DNA of 64,000 nucleotides from Lobosporangium transversale. Its lineage: Eukaryota. Below are positions 53,636-64,000 of this stretch, piece by piece. Made by a program: the position numbers and the translations under genes. How positions within the stretch are numbered: the first letter of the stretch is position 1; every line of letters begins with the position of its first letter. The notes under the pieces were generated by a model. It was not told where the DNA came from, did no database searches, and was given only the letters and a program-made list of their open reading frames with translations. The stretch lies in the NCBI RefSeq assembly GCF_002105155.1, contig NW_019029001.1, positions 310,001 to 374,000 of the forward strand, in the 5' to 3' direction.

Positions 53636-55304
53636 TGGCTCAAAAGAAAGTGCGATGGAAAGAATGTTGTGATACCGTTTGATATCTCGAAGTATTTCTA
53701 GATAGTAAGGACTGAGGAGATGAATCAAATACAGAACATTGAACGTGTAAAAATGGAATGCTGTTAGTGGCTTAGACTATCTAGCATTGTGCAGACAGCA
53801 ATGTCGAGAATTTCTTCCACTCTCTCTTTTCCTCTTCTACACCCGTCGCCCTCCTCTTTTTTTCCCTACGCTTTTCTTAACCGTAGTCGCTTGTGCTGTC
53901 TTGCAAACACACTTTAAAAAAGACTTGGTCTGTCCAGGGTGGGACAGTTATTATATCTCATTCGCACTTTTACCTTCTATACTTTCCTGATTGCTCGTCC
54001 ACTTCTTCATCCTTCATCTATCACTCGAATCTCAGGCACATCATTTTACCTCACATGTGAGTGGTTCTTTAATAGATTGCAAACAAACATTTATCCATAT
54101 ACTTGCATGGTTGTATAGTTTGCATAGGAAGAAACGCGTATCCTGCCTAAAAAAAAAAAAAAAATGTCTGAAGCACAAACAGCATCTTCATCTTCATGGA
54201 CTTCATGTGCTCTTTTTTTTTTTTGTTCCAAGGCTATAAATTGCTACTGATCAGTACTCTCTCATGTGTCGTTGTCTTTACTCAGCCTGATGAGATTGCC
54301 TCGTTTGTCTCTTCTTCATTTGTAAATGCTTATGTTCTTTCTTTGCTCTGCCCTCAATTCTCGTCATCGAGTACTTGCAAAGTGGGAAACTTTGAATCAA
54401 ATAATCACAATAAAAATAAATGCATCACAGTCATTCCGACTCATTTAAACACATCACTAACGACTTTTTTTTTTTTTATTTTTTTTATTTTTATTTTTTA
54501 CGCTACATCCATCAACACGATTCAACTTTGCCAACATCAGCCAAACTGCCATCTATCTTCTACATTCTGTCATAGTCTCCCGGCGGATTTTTCTCTCTAC
54601 TTTTTTTTTTATTGTTTATTGGGGTGTACATCACGCAGATACACCTTGCACCTTGCAACTGACAAAGTTATTGCCCTTCACTGAAAATCTATGGATTGTA
54701 AGTTTTTACGATGTTGTTTTACTCGGACGTAGATCAGTCATCATCAAGATTCATTACTGTCTAGCTTCATTTATAGTTGTGACAACCATGGCACCAAAGA
54801 AATGCGACTATGACAGATCACAAATTGTTTTCGGCATCAATAGGCTGTATGCTTGACCATTTTTCTGTTTCCAGCATGAGAAAATGAACTTCCAATCCAT
54901 TTATAATGCATGTTGTCTTTCTATCCTGAAGCACCTAAATATCTTGAATCTCATGTGTCCAAGCCAAAAGGCTAGAATGGCGGCGGAGAACTACGGGCAG
55001 CATGATTCATTATTTAGATTGTGTAGTCGTACTCATCCAGGCCAAATTCTGGCCATCACATCGATTTTCGAATAAGCATTTTCCACTTCTCTTTTCTGAA
55101 TAATTGCCCCAATTCGGACTACCTGTAGGAGATATAGGCAGTATATAAAAACTTGATTGCTCTTTTCTCGATCTCTCTCAGATTCTGCGTTGGAAACAAC
55201 TCCACCGATCCGTTTCTCAGCAGATCTCTTTTGACATGCACAGTATACTTTGCCTACCTCTCGTTTATTAACCATGAATTCTTTCGACTCCTAACATTTA
55301 ATAG

Positions 55305-58300
55305 CTCAGGACTCTTCAACATACGAAGACGATAGGGTAGCATCACCTGCGCCGCGTAAGCGCCATCCTTCACTCTCGCACTCATCATCTGATCTTGATG
55401 ATGGGCAAGACAGCAGTGAACGAGTTAACAACAACCACTCAGAATCAGATGCATCTTCCTTTGACTCTTCGAGTGTAGAAGACAATGATGACGACGATGA
55501 ACCTGAATACAGACCTACCAAAGATTCCAAAAACTATGATGATAGCACATATGACAGTTTTGAAGAGGTCAATGGGTCTGACTCGAGTCAAAAGTTAACC
55601 AATAGAGCACCAAGGACGAGTAGATTAGAGTTCAAGAATGTTGATGCAGAATTATATGATCTACGCCGATCAGGCCGTAGTCGTCGCCCTCCAAAGATTA
55701 TTGATGATGATGATGACGGCGATGACAATGTTGACGAGGAAGAAGAGGTAATTTAATGATGCTTGATACGTTATTAGTAGTTTAACTTCATCATGGTATT
55801 TCAATGCATTTGACTGGTCAAAAAAATCCAAAATCATTTACATTTCCTCAGAGTGATTTTGAAAACGATGAGGATGATGCTTCGGACTCGGGCACAGCTG
55901 AAGGATCAGAAGATAGCGGCAGCGACTTTGGATATAGTAACAGAAAGAAGGCAGCGTCCAAGAAACAGACAAAATCGCCCAGATCTTCAACGCAAAAAGG
56001 TATGCTTCACCCAAGTACTGAACAATAAAATTATGTATTAATTCGGAAGAAAAGAGAAAAAAAAGTTGACTCCAGCACCATGCTACCTCATTCTCTTATT
56101 ACAGACTCGAGATCAAACGGTCGAGGTAGTCAGAGGGTGACTCCCCAAGACACGCCTTCTGCTAGTGATTCTGATGAGGACTGGGGAAGTTCTAAGAAAA
56201 GATCTGGCACCAAACGTAGGAAACGAAATACTAAAGGTAAGCCTTTCCTCCCCTTTTTTTTCAAGTGAGTACTAAATAAGAATAAAGCACTGCATAGGAG
56301 GCACACTAATCAAAGTATATTGAACCTGTTTGTTTCATAGCTAACATCGATACAGAGTCTGGAATGCGGTACTCGTCTCGGGGGGGTCAAGTGAATTATA
56401 ATGAAGACGATAATGACTGGGGTATAAGTTCAGAAGATGACAAGCTTCCAGTATATACGAAACCCGCAGCTCCAGAAGAAGAAGGTGATGTCATTGAAAG
56501 TATACATGACTTTCGTCGATCCGAAGCCACAGGTGCGTTCTCACTTTCCACAGGATTCCATTCTTGTATTCAAACGTCTTCAGGTATGATACTCTGTTGT
56601 TAATCGGGTACAATACTACTACTCTTTCAGACGATGATCCAGATGAACCAGATGATCCACATCACAATATGGAGTTCTTGATCAAATGGAAGAACCACAG
56701 CCACATGCACAATACATGGGAGCAATATCAGGACCTGCGGCAGTATAAAGGGTTCAAGAAGGTGGACAGCTACATTCAGCGAATTGTATACCCAGAAATT
56801 GCTCTGAAGTCTGATCCCACAACAACTCGAGAGGAAATTGAACAGTCAGATGTGAACCGAGAGATGCTCCGCGATGAACTCAAGGATTATACGTCTGTTG
56901 AACGCATCATTGCTTCTCGGATCTCAAAGACAGGCGAAACTGAGTACTTTTGCAAGTGGCTCCGTTTGCCTTACAGCGCCGCCACCTGGGAAACAGAGAA
57001 TCGAATTTCTGAAAACCATCAGGCAGAAATCGATGCGTTTCTGGACCGTGAATCAAGTCAGAAGGTGCCCTACAAGACCGCCATTTATTCAAAAGGACAG
57101 AGACCACCCTTTAAAAGGATTGTCACACAACCTGATTTTCTTGTTGGCGGCCAGCTTAGAGATTATCAGTTGACAGGTTTGAACTGGATGTCACGACTAT
57201 GGTCGAGGAACGAGAATGGCATCCTGGCAGATGAAATGGGACTAGGAAAAACTGTTCAATCGATTTCAATCATTTCTTATCTATTTCACCAGCATAATCT
57301 TTACGGTCCTTATTTGGTTGTGGTTCCTCTTTCAACCATTGGTGCCTGGCAACGAGAAATTGAGCGATGGGCACCCGACATGAATTTGATCGTGTATATT
57401 GGTGATGCTGCAAGTCGACAAACTATTCGTGAATACGAGTTTTATCAAAAGGGATCATCCACCAAGATTCGGTTCAACATTCTACTTACTACATTTGAAT
57501 TGGTTCGCATGGATCGCGCAGAACTGGACAGGATCAAGTGGACCTATCTTGCTATCGACGAGGCACATCGACTCAAGAATAAACAATCACAACTTCATGA
57601 GACTCTTAAAGACTTTCACACTGCGAATCGATTGCTAATCACAGGAACCCCATTGCAGAACAGCGTCAAAGAATTGATTGCACTTTGCAACTTTTTGATG
57701 CCTGATAAGTTCGTGGATGATGATGTTGAGATTGATATGGCGGATGCAGAACAGGAGGCCAAGATTCGTGATTTACATGAAAGTCTAAAACCATACATGC
57801 TTCGTCGTCTAAAGAAGGATGTTGAAAAATCTTTGCCCAAGAAGACGGAGCGTATTCTCCGTGTAGAACTATCCCAGCTTCAGACTCATTACTACAAGAA
57901 CATTCTCACTAAAAACTTTGCTGTTTTGAATAAGGGTGTGTCGGGACATGGACAACTCAGTCTGCTCAACATTGCCATGGAGCTTAAGAAGGCGAGCAAC
58001 CACCCTTACCTGTTCCCAAACGCCGAGGTGGTCTCTGACAAACGTGATGATCAACTCAAAGGGATTGTTATGAGCAGCGGCAAGATGGTTCTATTGGATA
58101 AGCTGTTAACAAGGCTCAAGAAAGACGGGCATCGCGTGCTGATCTTTTCTCAGATGGTGAGGATGCTGGACATCATGACCGACTATTTGGCCCTGCGCGG
58201 ATTTGCTTTTCAACGTTTAGATGGCAGCGTTGGCTCTGAGGCTCGTAAGCGATCTATTGAGCACTTTAATGCACCCAACTCAATCGATTTTGTTTTTTTA

Positions 58301-60868
58301 CTCTCGACACGTGCTGGAGGACTCGGTATCAATTTGGAGACAGCCGATACAGTAATCATTTTTGACTCGGATTGGAATCCTCAGAACGATCTACAGGCTA
58401 TGGCTCGTGCTCATCGTATTGGACAAAAGAACGTAGTAAACGTCTATCGGTTTGTCTCAAAAGATACGATCGAGGAGGACATTATTGAGCGTGCCAAGAG
58501 GAAGATGGTGTTGGAGTATTGTATCATCAAACAGATGGATACCTCAGGGTTGGAAATTTTGCAACAAAAAAAGGCTGCTGAGACCTCGACTGGCTTCACT
58601 AAGGATGAACTATCAGCTATTCTTAAGTTCGGAGCCCAGAGTATGTTTCAGCAGGCAGATGGCGCGGCTAATAAGAAGTTGGACGAGCTGGATCTCGACG
58701 AGATTTTGGCGCGCGCTGAGGATCATGATACAACCGATGCAGTCAATATGGCTGGTGGCGAAGAATTTTTGAGTCAGTTTCAGTACGCAGATTTTGGTGC
58801 TGGAGACATGTCCTGGGATGAAATCATTCCATTGGAAGAGCGTGAGCAATTTGAAGCAGAAGAACGGGCAAAGTTAGAGGAGCAACTCTACACTCCTCGC
58901 AATCGTGGTCGAGTCTCGTATGCTGAAGGTAGAAACAACTCACCATCACCAGAGTCCGAAAGTGGCCGTCGTCGGAAGCGTAAAGCATCCAGTAGCTCAA
59001 ACTCTGCCCCTGCAGGACCCAAGAAAAAGCGTGGTGCAGGACTAGACCCTTCAGAGCTGAACACAAAAGATCTACGTGCTCTTGCACGTGGTATGCTTAA
59101 ATTTGGCATTATCACGGATCGCTACAAAGATGTTGTAGGAGAAGCGGAACTTGAAGATAAGGAAGAGAATGTTGTCAAAAAAGAGGCTGAAGACCTTATC
59201 CATGCCTGTGAAGATGCTCTAGGAGTATCTCATGATTCAATTGACAATCAAGATGATGATGAGGACTTGCCGTACGCAAAGAAAAATGCAAAGGCGGTTT
59301 TATTCACTTACAAAGAGATGGACAAGATGAATGCAGGCCAAATGATTCTTCGTCTTAAGGATTTGAGAGCCATGAACAGAAGGTTGGATGGAACGGACCT
59401 TACCAAGTTCAGAATGAATGTGCCTCTGAAGCCCGTCTTGAACTGGTCGTGTTCATGGGGTCAGAAGGAAGACGCCATGTTAGTAGTCGGAATCTATAAA
59501 CATGGATTTGGGGCTTGGGATAAAATTCAAGACGATACATCCTTAGGATTTGCCAAGAAGTTTTTCTTATCGACACAAGATGCCAAGGATTTGAAAAAGA
59601 TCCCCAAAGCTCTCCATCTGGTTCGTCGTGGCGAATACTTGTTAAAGACACTTCGTGAATCAGAACGTGACAAGAAAACGAGGCAATCCGCAGCAGCATC
59701 CTCTGGATCAAGACGTGAGCCCGGCAAATTATCTCGGCATTCCACTAGTAACAGTAACTCACGAGATTTAGTGAAACCTAATAGCAGTAACAGCCGGTCA
59801 GCATCGAAGCATAGCACAAACAGCGGCAATAAATCCCGAAATTCCAAAGCCCGACCGACTCGCTCATCTAGAAATGACGCTGGCTCAGAATCAGAAGCGA
59901 CTGTAGAGTCTCCGAATAGCCACCATGACGAGTCAAGCAAGGATCTATTGCGAGGTGTTGGTCGTGATCTAAGAACCATCAGAGAGTCAGGCAAGAATGC
60001 TGTCGAGCCGCAAGTTATTGCAGAGTGTTTGGCACGTATCGGTCGTGAGATTGAGAGTATTGTAGTTAGCGTGTCTTCGGCCTCCAAATCAAGGTCGGAT
60101 CGTGACCGGCTATCAAAACAACTATGGACGTATGCAGGCAAGGCATTCCCGACAGGAGCAATTCACTATGCACAATTACGCAAAGGATACCTTGACATCA
60201 AAAACGCAGAGGAACAAGCATCAGGGTCGCCATCAAAAAGTCGCCAACCATTAGAGGACGGACGAAGATCAAGCCACAGGCGATCAAGTCCATCTTCGTC
60301 TCGACGAGACTATAGTCGTGGTCGTGATACTTCAAATGGAGGCCATCATCGATCTAGGTCAGGCAAAGATGGTAGTGCCAGCCCTCAGCGATCTTCCAGC
60401 TCGAGACGTAGATCCAAAGATAGAATGCATTCTCGTCCACGGAGGAGTGATTCCCTTGAGGATGAACGGTCGCGGTACAGAGACTACCGTTCAGGCTCCT
60501 CGCGCGATCGGGGTGGCTCATCTAGACACCGATATCGTTCTGACGATGATGATGACGAAAACCATGGAAGACCAACTAAGCGTCGGAGCATAGGAGATGG
60601 CATCCGAGAGAGTGATCATGTTGGTAACAATAGTAATGGAAGTATTGCCAATGGCAACAGTAGCCATGATGACCGCTCCCGAGATAACAACCGCAAGAGG
60701 GATCGTTCATATGATCGTAGTGATCGTAGTGATCGTCGAGATCGCAGCCGGGATCGCAGCCGGGATCGCAGCCGGGATCGCTCTGGAAGAGGAAGAGACA
60801 GAAACCGTGATAGAAGTCGAGACCGATCACGTGGTCGTAGTCGAGATGACAACAGGCGGTATCGATAG
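55305..60868 (+). CDS. CHD1: Chromodomain helicase DNA-binding protein Chd1 (5' exons and start uncertain)
   Basis: Double chromodomain (EFLIKWKNHSHMHNTWE, EYFCKWLRLPYSAATWE), ILADEMGLGKT, DEAH, TGTPLQN, QAMARAHRIGQ, SANT/SLIDE (WGQKEDAMLVVGIYKHGFGAW). Confidence 0.96.
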
Positions 60869-61230
60869 GACAAGGCCACCTGATTAAATGTGTAGATCAA
60901 GCAAGGCTGTCATATACTTAAAGAATACTATTATAATTATTGTATAAAAAAAAGTAACAATAGCAGTAAGGCACTAATATTGTATGTGTTGTGGCGCGCC
61001 ATATTTATTTTATTTTTTTTTTTTTTTTTTCGTGTTTTTTAAAAAAGAGCGGCATCATTCAGCATCATATTCTTCCCATTATCCTCGCTGTTTGCATCAT
61101 TAATTTGCATTTGTTAGAGGATCACAGTGAGATCATTATATGCCTATTCACACTCTTTATACATACTTGACCTAGTGCTTGTCCTTTTTTTTTTTTTTTT
61201 TTTTTTTTTTCCTCTTCTACAGAAGCAAAC

Positions 61231-63359
61231 ATGTTCTATTCAGAGGCCATCCTCTCCAAGAAAGGGCCTCTTGCCAAAGTTTGGCTTGCTGCTCATTGGG
61301 AACGTAAATTAACCAAGAACCAAACTCTTCAGACAGACATCAATAACTCAGTTGGTGAGTCAATAATGTCTTCATTTTAAAAACACTATCAACTTTTGAA
61401 TCAATATAATCGTCACTAAAACTTGGCTCTGCCCTTATTATTGACTTGTTTTTGCATAACTTATGGACACAAATGCTGATGCTAGATGCTATTATGGGGA
61501 GCGACCAGGCACCTATGGCACTTCGTCTCTCGGGTCAACTACTGCTTGGTGTTACAAAGATTTATTCACGCAAGACAAAATACCTTCTTGAGGACTGTAA
61601 TGAGGCCTTGGTCAAAATCAAAGTATCTTTCAAGTCCGATGCCCTCAACGGTGATGGTAACTTACTGATGCTCGATGGCAACACCTTGGATATCACTGGA
61701 GATCATTCTAAGGCCACAGCAGCAGCATTTAATGCTATTACGGTCCCTGACGCCATGACAGAATTTGACTTGTTGCTCCCAGCCCAAACTATTGATATTG
61801 GTGCCTGGGGCTTGAATGACAAGATGAACAATCTCTCAGGCCTTCGGGATATCACCCTTGAGGGAAGCAATGAGGACAACTTACTCACTGGCAACTACCA
61901 CTTGTTTGATCATGGACATCGCCACGGATTAGATATTGAAGTAGGAAGGAACCAGATGAATCGAAATGGAGGTCGTGGATATGACGCCATGGATTTTGAC
62001 CTCGGAGGCGTAGATGATACCCTGGACTTGGATATGTTGGGTGATGCTGAAGATTTTGATTTCTTGAAGCGACCTCATGGTCACAATGATCTTGAGATTG
62101 AAGTAGGCCGTGATGCAGCTGTGACGCGTCGTTCTGCCAGTGTGGATCCATTTGGTATGCTCCCCTCCGTCGATAAGGGGCTACGCCTTGGAGAAGACTC
62201 TGAAGACGGCCGTGCACCTAGTGTTCATGGTTCGGTCCACGACTTGCCCGCGCTCGATGACTTTATACCAGCGCCGGATGGTGTCCGCGGGCCTGTCAAC
62301 TTTGAAATTGCAAAGGGTACAGGGCATGATCAGCTGCAAAACCAACAGCCAAAGGAGGCTATTGTTAAAAAGCGTAAGCTAATTGTTGATGAAGAGACCG
62401 AGATGTCTCAGGAACTTTTAATGGGCACAAATGCAGACTTGGTGGCGGATGGATTATTGACGACACATGAAATGCTTCCCCGATCTCGAAAGCTGCTGCG
62501 ACTACAACAAATTCAACAAGATGCTGCTCATGGTGGTCTCGCAGGCTATCTTTTGGACTGCACTGCTGGTCCTCGCGTGATGGGAAGCGCTTTGGTTCCT
62601 GAGCTGGCGAGTATGTTTTCGAGACGACTTCAAATTGTTCCAACTGAGACACCGGTAGAGGATCGCCCTGTGGCTGACGCCCAAGCCGAAAGCTCCATGT
62701 GGCAGCAAGATCAGGTTGAAAGTTGGGTAGACCAAGTGCAGGATAATGAACTTGATTTCGGTGTTCACCAGACATCACCGCCTCCAGCAGATATTTTCGA
62801 CGAAGGCTTTCAACTGGATTCCCCACAAAAGGATATACAGGCACAGGCGCAGGCTACTGAAGCCGATGCTCATTCCGAACTCGCTCCTACGAAGACTTCG
62901 TTGTTTGAGGAGATGGAAGAGACAGCTGCACCAGTAGCCACGACAAAGCAACTACTTGGAACAGTGTTTTCGACGTCGACTATTCAGACCATGCGACTCG
63001 TTCAACAAGGTATTGAATCAAAGAAGAACCAAGATCAAGGTGGCGAGGTTAGTAGCGAGATCAGCGCCCGTACGACGCGTACATCCAGTGTGGCAACAGC
63101 TAGCTCTAGTTTGAATAAGAATAACTCCACACGAGTGACATTCTCAGAGCTGATGGCAGGGCCCAACAAGAGTCAACAAAAGCGGAGCAGAGCTGATGCG
63201 GCCAAACTCTTCTTTGAGCTGCTGGTACTGTCAACCAAGGATGTTGTAAAAGTGAAGCAGGAGAAGAGCTTTGGAGAGATTGCAATCGGAGGCAGTCCCT
63301 GGTTAGAGACTCTGGTGGAGGCAGACGCCAACACAGCCGAAATTGAGGCACAGGCATAA
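61231..63359 (+). CDS. RAD21: Cohesin kleisin subunit Rad21/Scc1, 2 exons
   Basis: MFYSEAILSKKGPLAKVWLAAHWERKL, ALRLSGQLLLGVTKIYSRK, C-terminal AAKLFFELLVL...VKQEKSFGEI. Confidence 0.96.
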
Positions 63360-63724
63360 AACAAAGAAACAAAAGGCCGTCGATCATTTTACTCTATTAT
63401 TATTATATTTTTTTATCGTTATTATTATTATTCACTTCTCTTGTTGATATTCCAATGTCTTTTTCAAATAAAAAAATCCAATGACTATCTGATGGCGCTG
63501 AACGATATTTTTGGTTGTGTAATTGTGAGCGCGTGGCGTGTTTGACACGCGCACATGGCACTTACCCCTGTATTTAGTATCGTCTTTTTTTAATTCATAC
63601 ATTCCTACATTCTCTTTTCTCTTTCCCATTCCTTTCATTCAAATAAATCTTTTATAAGCTAGACATTCAGAAAAGATTCCAGTCAAGAAATATTCTCAAT
63701 ATAAGAGAGGAATATAAAAAAAAA

Positions 63725-64000
63725 ATGCTTAGCACAATTGGAAAAGTGTTTAATGGACAGACAGGACTAGAGGAGAATAAGAGCGACGACGCTCCAAGTA
63801 ACATGGGAGGAGCCACCAATGAAGCATCTGAGGTACTGAAGAAGCAACTTTTCCTTAAAGAGCAACCAGAACATTTTTTTTTTTTTTTTTTCATATGTAT
63901 TTACTATTCTAATCTCTATGTATTCACCAAAAGTAGAAACTAATCCAAGAGTTCTTTGGGGCGATCCAAGAGGGAGACACAGACACGGTGCGTCAACTAC
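63725..64000 (+). CDS. 5' end of a probable ankyrin-repeat-like gene (partial)
   Basis: Exon 1 MLSTIGK...EASE, then a GT...AG intron, then KLIQEFFGAIQEGDTDTVRQL, resembling an ankyrin helix-turn-helix. Confidence 0.5.

Noticed and set aside
34272..63359. Functional cluster of chromosome-biology genes (ligase, Rap1, Chd1, Rad21)
   Set aside because: Interspersed with unrelated genes and transposon debris; no evidence of co-regulation

Overview
This is a eukaryotic, intron-rich fungal region with long poly-A/T runs. Gene content and style suggest an early-diverging fungus (Mucoromycota/Mortierellaceae-like; inference). From left to right it holds: an apparently intact Ty3/Gypsy retrotransposon (minus strand, runs off the left edge, -1 gag-pol frameshift signal); a type-I membrane protein; degenerate repeats carrying a 176-bp twin-hairpin insertion; a divergent septin; VPS4; a multi-TM protein; a glycerol-3-phosphate acyltransferase; a RhoGAP-like protein; and a minimal bacterial-type ATP-dependent DNA ligase with a C-terminal PBZ finger and NLS, head-to-head with an intronless bacterial-type alpha/beta hydrolase ending in a PTS1. 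It continues with Rap1, a Cid1-like nucleotidyltransferase lacking its third catalytic Asp, an AKR7-like pseudogene, Gypsy and LINE remnants, a Ctr copper transporter, a TIR element, a START-domain pseudogene, CHD1, RAD21 and the start of an ankyrin-like gene. The most unusual signals are the twin-hairpin element (compensatory base changes, 6-bp flanking duplication) and the PBZ-bearing ligase. Exon boundaries were read by eye and no database search was run.
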